DNA of 64,000 bases, from contig QBYC01000001.1 of NCBI GenBank assembly GCA_003283025.1, forward strand, positions 13,308 through 77,307. Direction: 5' to 3'. Of the stretch, positions 25,725-33,615 are shown piece after piece (position 1 is the stretch's first letter; each line of letters starts with the position of its first letter). The DNA comes from Pelagibacteraceae bacterium AG-325-C03 (GTDB lineage: Bacteria > Pseudomonadota > Alphaproteobacteria > Pelagibacterales > Pelagibacteraceae). Position numbers and translations under genes: made by a program. The notes under the pieces are model-generated. The model was not told the origin of the DNA. It saw only the letters and a list, made by a program, of their open reading frames with translations, and searched no databases.

Positions 25725-26173
25725 AAAAACTTTTAGCGATCGTGGTTCTGGGTTTGTTAACTAATTTGCAAGCTGTAGCAAAAATTTCTGTAGGCTCAGA
25801 AAAGTTATCGATCACATCTTTTCCATCAGAGGCAAATTGCGTACTCAAAAATGATAAAGGTACTTGGAATATAGTTACTCCAGCTACAATCAAAATTAAA
25901 CGTTCAAAAAAACCTTTAGAAGTTAGTTGTATTAAAAATGATTTTAAAAAGGTAGAAATTTTTGATTTTAAAACTTCGAAAATTATAGATAGTAGAGTTA
26001 AAGATAACGCAATTGATACTGGTATTAACGCTATTATAAACAATCCTATAGGTGCCGTGGTTGAAGGTGCTGAAGGTGCATTTAAAGCTGCAAGAAATAG
26101 TTTTGGATCTTACGGTACTACGCGCAATGCTGATGGTATTGCAGCAATTCACTTAATACTTAAATCAAAATAA
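25721..26173 (+). CDS. Secreted protein with PEGA-like beta domain
   Basis: MKKLLAIVVLGLL signal; ITSFPSEANC..TPATIKIKRS..LEVSC pattern; ATGA overlap with the upstream gene. Confidence 0.7.
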   Translation: MKKLLAIVVLGLLTNLQAVAKISVGSEKLSITSFPSEANCVLKNDKGTWNIVTPATIKIKRSKKPLEVSCIKNDFKKVEIFDFKTSKIIDSRVKDNAIDTGINAIINNPIGAVVEGAEGAFKAARNSFGSYGTTRNADGIAAIHLILKSK

Positions 26174-26283
26174 TTCCCCCGCTGAAGTTATTTATTTCTT
26201 CAGTGTGATCCAATTGTGATCTAATTAAAAAAAGTTGTGAATTAATAAGTGTTAACGCCAATACGCAGGGGCGTTCTGTTGCC
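26171..26283 (+). repeat. Class I right arm plus truncated tmRNA tail
   Basis: 26226-26283 identical (58 bp) to 28664-28721; tandem TGTGATC. Confidence 0.95.
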
Positions 26284-26423
26284 CGGCATTAGAATAGAAA
26301 GTAGCATATTTGCTCACTTTATCAAACTGCTTCATTGCAAACTTCATTGTCAGAAAGACTTATTTTCTTTTTAGTTGGTTTTTTGATCTATTACTTCGTT
26401 GTAAGATTGGTTAATCTTATTTC

Positions 26424-27338
26424 ATGAAAAGATTATCTCTATACGTTTTTCTATTTTTGATGTTTTCTATTTTTACTTCGCATTCGTTTGCAGCAAAAAA
26501 ACATAAAATTTATAAAAATTTACCGTGCAGTTTTAATGGAGTGAAAGTTGGACCATCTGCTACTCCTTATGAGGATAAAAAAATTAGAAGACACAGGTGT
26601 TCTCCTGGAAGTTCTGGATATGTAGGAAAAAAAGGAACGTCAATTGAGGCAAGTTCAAATAAGTATAACCCTAAATCAAGTGGAATCCCTGTGGTAGCAA
26701 TTACAAATATGACTTTGTATTCTGCAAAGAATTGGGGAGTTGAATATGGTTGCGCAAGCGGTTCGCGGATGGGCGGGGGAAAAGGACAATGGGGGAATGT
26801 AAACATCTTAAATCCTGAAACTGGAAAAAAAGAGCGTTGTAGCAATCCATTTGATGGCGTTTCACTTTGGTTTACTGATGACAAATATGGAAATACTATA
26901 AGATACTATCACTTAAAGTCTACAACACTAGTACCAGGTTTTAACAAAGGTAAATGTAAAAAACCTAAATTTGGAAACTTTGAAGAAATGCAAAGCAAAA
27001 ATTTTTTTGATACATCTCAACCAGAAAATTGCGGAGGAATAAAATTTTATAAAGTTAAAAAAGGAGAAGTAATAGGAAAAATGGGTTATGCTGGTAATTC
27101 ACACTTTTCATTAGGCATTGGTTCAAGAAACTCTTCATCTAATGAAAATAATGAAATTAAAGACACAGATGACTGCAAAGGAATTTACAAAAGTGCCCAT
27201 TGCTACAATGTAGGTCCAATGTATTTAATTGCACCCGAAGATCGTTTTAAGTGGGAAAACCTTCCAACGGACTCGGATGCCTATCTTTTTCCTGTAATGT
27301 CTAAAAAATATTTAAAAGAAATTGGGTATTACGATTAG
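26424..27338 (+). CDS. Secreted degenerate M23/LytM-fold protein (paralog of 21485..22306)
   Basis: Shared LPC.FNG, GTSIE, PFDGVSL, YHL, LVPGF.KGKC, CGGIK, KKGE.IG, MSKKYLKEIGY.D. Confidence 0.7.
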   Translation: MKRLSLYVFLFLMFSIFTSHSFAAKKHKIYKNLPCSFNGVKVGPSATPYEDKKIRRHRCSPGSSGYVGKKGTSIEASSNKYNPKSSGIPVVAITNMTLYSAKNWGVEYGCASGSRMGGGKGQWGNVNILNPETGKKERCSNPFDGVSLWFTDDKYGNTIRYYHLKSTTLVPGFNKGKCKKPKFGNFEEMQSKNFFDTSQPENCGGIKFYKVKKGEVIGKMGYAGNSHFSLGIGSRNSSSNENNEIKDTDDCKGIYKSAHCYNVGPMYLIAPEDRFKWENLPTDSDAYLFPVMSKKYLKEIGYYD

Positions 27339-27341
27339 AAA

Positions 27342-27366
27342 GGGGCGTTCTGTTGCCAGGTGCCCC
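27342..27366 (+). repeat. Perfect tmRNA 3' tail copy
   Basis: 25/25 match to 28706-28730. Confidence 0.97.
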
Positions 27367-27374
27367 TTAAATAA

Positions 27375-27911
27375 TTAATAAACCCCTAATAACAGTTTTC
27401 CTAAGTTGTTAATCAACCATACGACTGCCAATACTTTTGCCAGGATTGCCCAAACCTTTAAACCTTTATAGTTGTCTGCTGAAGACCATATACCTATCAA
27501 AGCATAAATATTCCATGGCAAAGCAACTAATCGTGCCATTCCCATATTTTTAAAAATTAAAAGACCAATAAGAGCAACTAACGCGGTGCCTATGAAACCA
27601 AATACAAAAAAAGATAAAGGCAAAGAAAGTTTGCCATGATAAAATCTACTGAATATTTTTTTGAAAGAAAAATTAAATTTAAGATCACTTTTTTTAATTT
27701 TGATAATATTAATTTTGTTACCCGAAGACCAATTTAACAAAAAGTAGATTAAAAAAGCTGCTATTGGAACAACCAAAGCCCAAACCCAAAAACTATTCCA
27801 ATCAGATGAAGACATTGATCTTCCGAAAGGTTTAAAAACTAGAACGAAAGTTATTAAAGTTATTTCATATATAGCTAAACCAGCAACAATTTTTCTATCT
27901 TTTATTCGCAT
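27375..27911 (-). CDS. Hypothetical multi-TM membrane protein
   Basis: About 5 TM segments; G.LSLP.SF...G and IGIWSSA..Y.G...WA.LAK motifs. Confidence 0.7.
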   Translation of the reverse strand: MRIKDRKIVAGLAIYEITLITFVLVFKPFGRSMSSSDWNSFWVWALVVPIAAFLIYFLLNWSSGNKINIIKIKKSDLKFNFSFKKIFSRFYHGKLSLPLSFFVFGFIGTALVALIGLLIFKNMGMARLVALPWNIYALIGIWSSADNYKGLKVWAILAKVLAVVWLINNLGKLLLGVY

Positions 27912-27944
27912 ATAATACTAATAACAAAATTTATCTTTCTTAAA

Positions 27945-28069
27945 GGGGCGTTCTGTTGCCAGGTGCCGTTAACCTTTTAACGTTATACAACAATTCTAGA
28001 TCATAAAAAACGACTATTTCTTTGCTGGGTGTGATCATATTGTGATCGCCAGTGAGTCCGGATATGATG
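27945..28069 (+). repeat. Perfect tmRNA tail copy plus class I left arm with promoter
   Basis: 23/23 match to the ssrA tail; arm ends TTGTGA-N17-TATGAT, 7 nt before ATG 28076. Confidence 0.96.
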
Positions 28070-28075
28070 TGTTCA

Positions 28076-28363
28076 ATGAAGAAAAAAAAATTCGATAAAG
28101 AGGCATACTTTAAAAAAGTAGTTGCTAAAGAGAATCAAAAAACGGGAACAGCAATAGTTTTTTGGATAATTTTATTTTTAGTTATCTGGTTTATAGTCGG
28201 GCCGATCAGTCTCTCTGTTCAAAAAAAAGGTTTTAATTTTATAAAAGGTACAATTGGCAGTTCAGAGGCAGAAGATTATTGTGCAGACTCGTGGAAAGTT
28301 AAATCTGCGAAAACTGATTTTGCAGCTAAGAAGGCTTTTGATTCTTGTGTGAAAAATTATTAA
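28076..28363 (+). CDS. Hypothetical single-TM protein
   Basis: TM helix, C-terminal Cys pair. Confidence 0.65.
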   Translation: MKKKKFDKEAYFKKVVAKENQKTGTAIVFWIILFLVIWFIVGPISLSVQKKGFNFIKGTIGSSEAEDYCADSWKVKSAKTDFAAKKAFDSCVKNY

Positions 28364-28368
28364 TTTAA

Positions 28369-28608
28369 ATGAAAAAAATTTTAGCGATCGTGGTTCTGGG
28401 TTTGTTGTATTCTTGTTCAAATGCTGAAAACAATAGAATGAAAATGATTGAAAAATGCGCAGATAAAGAAATGGATTATGAAAGTGTTAAATTATCAATT
28501 AAAGAAAAAATACAAGAATATGAATATAGAGAAGCCTTTGGAGGTTGTGAAAATTTTCTAAAAAAAAACCCAGAAACTTTTAAAGCTTATTATATTTTAA
28601 AAAAATAA
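28369..28608 (+). CDS. Hypothetical small lipoprotein
   Basis: MKKILAIVVLGLLYSC lipobox. Confidence 0.7.
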   Translation: MKKILAIVVLGLLYSCSNAENNRMKMIEKCADKEMDYESVKLSIKEKIQEYEYREAFGGCENFLKKNPETFKAYYILKK

Positions 28609-28705
28609 TTTCCCCCGCGTACTAAATTTGTCTTTCTTCAGTGTGCCCTATGTGTGCCCAAAATAAAAAAAGTTGTGAATTAATAAGTGTTAACGCCAAT
28701 ACGCA
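28606..28705 (+). repeat. Class I right arm abutting ssrA 3' end
   Basis: Homologous to 26171-26267; tandem TGTGCCC variant. Confidence 0.9.
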
Positions 28706-28962
28706 GGGGCGTTCTGTTGCCAGGTGCCCCGGACCCCGTTACTTAATTAACAAAGTTAATTAAGCTGCAAGTGCGTAACTTTCGTTAGCATTTGTATATT
28801 GGCCCGTTACGTCGGAACCATCTCGTACGAAAGAATATCTTTTAAACATCCGTCGATCCTAATTCACCCCCGCAAGCAATAATGGTGGAGGTGGTGGGTA
28901 CTGCCCCCACGTCCGTAATGTGTATTACGAAATTCGTTTATCGTCATAGTTGGTAAACAACA
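28706..28962 (-). ncRNA. ssrA: Permuted two-piece tmRNA
   Basis: Minus strand: acceptor piece ends GTGGGGGCAGTACCCACCACCTCCACCA (28883); 11-nt intervening segment; coding piece starts GGGGGTGAATTAGGATCGACG (28871) with G3-U pair; tag ANESYALAA* at 28789-28760; TATAAT at 28973-28968; ends approximate. Confidence 0.97.
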
Positions 28963-29001
28963 GAACTATTATATGTTAAAACTTGGGTTTTGAAAATTGT
29001 T

Positions 29002-30603
29002 TTATAAAATTTCGTATAAACAAAAACCCTTCTCACAGTCACCAAAAATTAATTTTAAAGAATTTGACTTTAAGGTGATACTTGAAATGATAAATTTAGC
29101 GCCTAACTTTTTTGCTACAATATAATTTAATTTATATTTTTCTGGATTCGCCGGTCTATATAGAGAAGTGTAAACTCTACTACCCCAATCATCAAAGTAT
29201 TTTTTATAATTTGAATTTGAATTTAATTCTGGTTCAATAATTTTTCTGAATTTTTTTTTATAATGCAAAGGATAAACACTATGATAACCATCCATTACAT
29301 AAATTTCATGAATTACAGCAACCATTGGATCTAAGCCCACTGAAAGTGTTCTTTCATTTTTAACTAGCTCTTTTATTTTTTTATAATTATGAAAGTTATA
29401 ATAACCTTCGAAAGTATAAAGGTTTTGATAATTTTCTATCCTTTTAATTTTTTCTTTATAAAAAGGAACTATAGCAGCGTCAATTTGGAAAACAAATAAA
29501 CTTGTTGTAATAAAGAATAATAAAACTTTCAGAAAAAATTTTATTTTATTTCTTAAAATATAAATAATCATCAGACAATAAAGTAGATAATATGATCTAC
29601 TTACATAACCCCATGATATTTTATTTAATAAAACAATTTCATTAACAAAGTCACTTATATAAGTATTTTTTAAAAAGACAGTAAAAAGAATAGTACAAAG
29701 TAAAACTATCAAAATTTTTCTAACATTTTTATCATTAGAAAAAAAAGAACAAATGATAGTTGGAACAATAAATAAAGTGTAAGGTAATGTTTGAATGAAA
29801 GAGTAATTGATTTTCTTAAAATTTGGAAATGGAAAAAGGGTATTTAAAAATAATTTAAAGCTTTGATTTACTGAGTAAGACTCCCGTAAAAATTCGTCTC
29901 TATGAAATTCAAAACTACTAAAAGCTATCAAAATAAGATTAAAATTAGCCAAAAACATTGGAGCCAAAAAAGCAGTAAGTATTTTAAAAAGTTTTTTATA
30001 ATTCACATTTTTTTCTATTAAAACAATAAAAAAAATTAAGCTTGGTAACGCAAACCCACCGAAAAGAATTTCAGTATTAAGACCAAAAAAAATTAAAATT
30101 ATATAGTGTTTAATTTTAAGCTGTTCTTTAAAAATTATTAAGTAAATTAAATAAGGAAAAAAAGCTAATCCAAAACCTTCATGTGAAGGGTAATTTGAAG
30201 AAGCATAAAGACAAGAAACCAAGCTGCAAAAAAAAATATTTTTATTTATTTTTTTTGCAAAAATGTAAAAACAGAAATATGAAGTTAATTTAACTAAAAT
30301 ATCTATAAACCAATATGCCTTTTCAATTGAAAATAATGAATAAGAGATTGAGAAAGGTTGAAAAATTCTTCTTAAATACAGAGGTGCTATTTCTCCGTTG
30401 AGAAACAATTTTATTGCGTTAGCATCACCTTTTAATAGTTTACCGATAATAGAGTTATAAACAATTTCAGAGTCAAGTGTATCGACATAAAACAGTGTCG
30501 GTTGACCAAATAATAATAATGGAATCAAATAGTTAAGTGAGAGAATAAACAAGAAAATGAAGTGAAGGTTATTATTAGATATCAATTTTTTATTTATTAA
30601 CAT
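29002..30603 (-). CDS. Polytopic membrane protein (DUF6044-like, possible GT-C fold)
   Basis: DTLDSE after TM1, many TM segments, SVGLDP...DGYHSVYPL.YK..FRKII..EL. Confidence 0.65.
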   Translation of the reverse strand: MLINKKLISNNNLHFIFLFILSLNYLIPLLLFGQPTLFYVDTLDSEIVYNSIIGKLLKGDANAIKLFLNGEIAPLYLRRIFQPFSISYSLFSIEKAYWFIDILVKLTSYFCFYIFAKKINKNIFFCSLVSCLYASSNYPSHEGFGLAFFPYLIYLIIFKEQLKIKHYIILIFFGLNTEILFGGFALPSLIFFIVLIEKNVNYKKLFKILTAFLAPMFLANFNLILIAFSSFEFHRDEFLRESYSVNQSFKLFLNTLFPFPNFKKINYSFIQTLPYTLFIVPTIICSFFSNDKNVRKILIVLLCTILFTVFLKNTYISDFVNEIVLLNKISWGYVSRSYYLLYCLMIIYILRNKIKFFLKVLLFFITTSLFVFQIDAAIVPFYKEKIKRIENYQNLYTFEGYYNFHNYKKIKELVKNERTLSVGLDPMVAVIHEIYVMDGYHSVYPLHYKKKFRKIIEPELNSNSNYKKYFDDWGSRVYTSLYRPANPEKYKLNYIVAKKLGAKFIISSITLKSNSLKLIFGDCEKGFCLYEIL

Positions 30604-30690
30604 TTTAAATTTTTTAGTTAACTAATTGTATTCATTTTTATAACGTTCGACTATATAAATATATTTTTTACAAAATACTGAAAAATATTA

Positions 30691-31638
30691 ATGAAATTAA
30701 CCAAAGAGCAAAAACAAGAAATTTCTGATCAACAAGCTCAAAATAATCAAACGAAAAGAGTTACCTCACCTCAATTAGAAAAAATTCTTTATGAGGCGTT
30801 ACCAGTTTTAGATCATGGATTTATTCGTGTAGTTGACTATATGGGGGACGATAGTTCTATTGTTCAATCCGCTAGAGTTTCTTATGGCAAGGGTACAAAA
30901 AAAGTTTCTACAGACGAAGGATTAATCAAGTATTTAATGAGACATTGGCATTCTACACCTTTTGAAATGTGTGAAATTAAATACCATGTAAAACTACCTA
31001 TTTTTATTGCCCGACAATGGATTAGACATAGAACAGCGAATGTAAATGAATATTCGGCTAGATATTCAATATTAGATAAAGAGTTTTATATTCCTACTAA
31101 GGATCAGTTATCAGCTCAATCAACTTCCAACAGACAAGGTAGAGGAAATTTGATCAAAGGAGAACAAGCTGATGAAGTTTTAAAAATTTTAAAAAATGAT
31201 GCTACAAGAACTTACGATAATTACGAAAAAATGCTTAACGAAAGATTCGATGGGACTATTATAGATGATAATAAAGCTGGTCTAGCAAGAGAATTAGCTA
31301 GAATGAATTTGACTCTTAACTCCTATACTCAATGGTACTGGAAGACAGATCTTTTAAATTTATTAAATTTTTTGTTTTTAAGAGTTGATAGTCACGCTCA
31401 GTACGAAATAAGAGTTTATGCAGAAACTATGTTAGATACTGTCAAAAAATGGGTACCCATAACGCATGCTGCATTTTTAGATTACAGAGTTGGCGCTGTT
31501 CACGTTTCAGCTAAAGGAAAAAAAGTTATTCAAAAGATGTCCAAAGGAGAAAAAGTTAGCTACGAAAATTCTGGTCTTTCAAAAAGAGAATGGAATGAAT
31601 TGATGATCTCTTTTGATTTTAAAGAAAAGATTGTTTAA
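30691..31638 (+). CDS. thyX: FAD-dependent thymidylate synthase
   Basis: [36 protein letters not shown]. Confidence 0.97.
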   Translation: MKLTKEQKQEISDQQAQNNQTKRVTSPQLEKILYEALPVLDHGFIRVVDYMGDDSSIVQSARVSYGKGTKKVSTDEGLIKYLMRHWHSTPFEMCEIKYHVKLPIFIARQWIRHRTANVNEYSARYSILDKEFYIPTKDQLSAQSTSNRQGRGNLIKGEQADEVLKILKNDATRTYDNYEKMLNERFDGTIIDDNKAGLARELARMNLTLNSYTQWYWKTDLLNLLNFLFLRVDSHAQYEIRVYAETMLDTVKKWVPITHAAFLDYRVGAVHVSAKGKKVIQKMSKGEKVSYENSGLSKREWNELMISFDFKEKIV

Positions 31639-32413
31639 TTTTTCCTGCGATGTTTTTAAATAGTTTTGATACCTCATGATCAGGATCAGAATGAGTTAGA
31701 GGGTCACCTCTATCAGCTGAACTTCTTAAATCTTGATGAATAGGCAAGTGTCCTAAGAACTCTTTGTTAAATTCTTTTGCAGTTCTTTCTACTCCACTTT
31801 CTCCAAAAATTTTATATTCTTTTCCATCATCACCTTTAAAAAAACTCATATTATCAATTAATCCTATAATTCTTACTCCTGTTTTATCAAACATTTGTAT
31901 TCCTCTTTTAACGTCAAGTAGAGCTAAGTCTTGAGGAGTAGAAACAATTATTGCTCCATCAACTTTTACTTCTTGAGCAAATGTTAATTGTGTATCACCA
32001 GTTCCAGGAGGCATATCAATTATAATAATATCACGATCTTTCCATAGAACTTTTTGTGTCATTGTTTTTAAAGCACTTATAACCATTGGACCCCTCCAAA
32101 TCATTGGAGTTTGATCATCAACTAAAAATCCCATAGACATGCACTGTACCTTATATTTTTCTAGGGGAATAATTGCTTTACCATCCTTACTTTTTGGTTT
32201 TTCTTTTAAATCAATTAGTTTAGGAAGTGAGGGTCCATAAACGTCGGCATCTAGAATACCAATTTTTAATCCTAAATTTTGTAATGCGAATGCAAGATTA
32301 ATAGCTACAGTAGATTTCCCGACCCCACCTTTGGCACTTGAAACTAATATCGTATTTTTAGTCCCGTTTATTGGTGTTTTAGTAAACTGCTTAGGAGCTG
32401 GCTTTTCTTTCAT
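31619..32413 (-). CDS. mrp: Mrp/ApbC Fe-S carrier ATPase
   Basis: [29 protein letters not shown]. Confidence 0.93.
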   Translation of the reverse strand: MKEKPAPKQFTKTPINGTKNTILVSSAKGGVGKSTVAINLAFALQNLGLKIGILDADVYGPSLPKLIDLKEKPKSKDGKAIIPLEKYKVQCMSMGFLVDDQTPMIWRGPMVISALKTMTQKVLWKDRDIIIIDMPPGTGDTQLTFAQEVKVDGAIIVSTPQDLALLDVKRGIQMFDKTGVRIIGLIDNMSFFKGDDGKEYKIFGESGVERTAKEFNKEFLGHLPIHQDLRSSADRGDPLTHSDPDHEVSKLFKNIAGKIKQSFL

Positions 32414-32499
32414 AATTTAGTTAATCTCTACTTTTTTTTAGACATAATATCGCTGTTACTTAACTTGTTTTTGTAGCAAAAGTCACTATATAAAGTCCC

Positions 32500-33615
32500 A
32501 TGAGTTTTAAAGACAAGATTTTTAAAAATCAAACACCTTGGGGATCTCCTCCTCCCGGAGGAGGAGGACGTTCGCCCGGTGGAAATGGATCTGGCTCAAG
32601 ACAAGATCCACCAAATCTTGATGATATAATTAAAAATTTTCAGAAAACAATTAACAAATTTTCAGGCGGTAAATCAGGAGGCTCGAAGCCTATAATTATA
32701 GGTTTATTAATAATTTTAGGGCTTTACATTGCAAGTGGACTTTACAGAGTACTACCAGATGAACAAGGTGTAGTTTTAAGATTTGGAAAATTTGTAAATA
32801 CAACTCAACCTGGATTGCATTATCACTTACCTACGCCAATTGAAAGAGCGCTAACACCCAAAGTTACTAAGGTCAACAGAGTAGATGTTGGTTTTAGACC
32901 TGCGAGTGATAGCGGAAGATCTTCTGGAGTTGGAAACGTTCCTGAGGAAAGCCTAATGCTTACCGGAGATGAAAACATAGTTGACATTAACTACTCAGTA
33001 TTCTGGGTTATAAAAGATGCTGGTAAGTTTTTATTCAACATCCAAAGTCCAGTAGAGACTGTTAAAGCAACTTCTGAGACGGCGATGAGAGAAGTTATTG
33101 CAAAAAATAATATCCAAACAATTTTAACTGAAGGAAGAGCAAATATTGAGATTGAGGTGCAAGAAATTACTCAAATGATTTTAGATGAATACGAATCAGG
33201 TATTCAAATTACACAAGTTCAAACTCAACAAGCCGATCCACCCGAGCAAGTTATTGATGCGTTTAGAGATGTACAGGCTGCTCGAGCAGACAGAGAAAGA
33301 TCGAAAAATGAAGCTGAAGCTTATGCAAATGATGTAATTCCAAGAGCGCGAGGTGAAGCAGAACAAGTTTTACAACAAGCTGAGGCTTATAAAAAAGAAG
33401 TTGTTGCAAAAGCTGAGGGTGAAGCCAGTAGATTTACCGCAATTTATAATGAATATAAAGATGCTAAACAAGTTACTCAAGAAAGAATGTATTTAGAAAC
33501 AATGGAAAAGGTTTTGGCTGATATTGATAAAGTAATTATTGATAAAGACTCAGGTTCAGGTGTTGTTCCTTATTTACCGTTACCAGAATTAAAAAAATCT
33601 GGGGGAAATAATTAA
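32500..33615 (+). CDS. hflK: FtsH modulator HflK
   Basis: PWG N-terminus, SPFH domain, MLTGDENIV, AEGEASRF. Confidence 0.95.
   Translation: MSFKDKIFKNQTPWGSPPPGGGGRSPGGNGSGSRQDPPNLDDIIKNFQKTINKFSGGKSGGSKPIIIGLLIILGLYIASGLYRVLPDEQGVVLRFGKFVNTTQPGLHYHLPTPIERALTPKVTKVNRVDVGFRPASDSGRSSGVGNVPEESLMLTGDENIVDINYSVFWVIKDAGKFLFNIQSPVETVKATSETAMREVIAKNNIQTILTEGRANIEIEVQEITQMILDEYESGIQITQVQTQQADPPEQVIDAFRDVQAARADRERSKNEAEAYANDVIPRARGEAEQVLQQAEAYKKEVVAKAEGEASRFTAIYNEYKDAKQVTQERMYLETMEKVLADIDKVIIDKDSGSGVVPYLPLPELKKSGGNN

Larger units (their letters stand above)
17941..28737. mobile_element. tmRNA-anchored array of small gene cassettes (genomic island; no integrase in window)
   Basis: About 10 direct copies of the ssrA 3' tail separating 1-3-gene units; conserved arm sequences; cargo of accessory or unknown genes. 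Confidence 0.85.

Noticed and set aside
21485-27338. Diversity-generating retroelement (TR/VR) between the paralog C-termini
   Set aside because: No reverse transcriptase in the window, both copies are coding, and differences are not confined to adenines.
17941-28737. CRISPR array interpretation of the ~23-32 bp repeats
   Set aside because: Spacers are 0.36-2.1 kb and contain whole genes, the repeat equals the ssrA tail, and no cas genes are present.
17941-28737. Classical integron (attC/IntI) or prophage
   Set aside because: No intI or phage genes; the repeats lack the RYYYAAC...GTTRRRY long imperfect palindrome; cassette genes lie on both strands and carry their own promoters.
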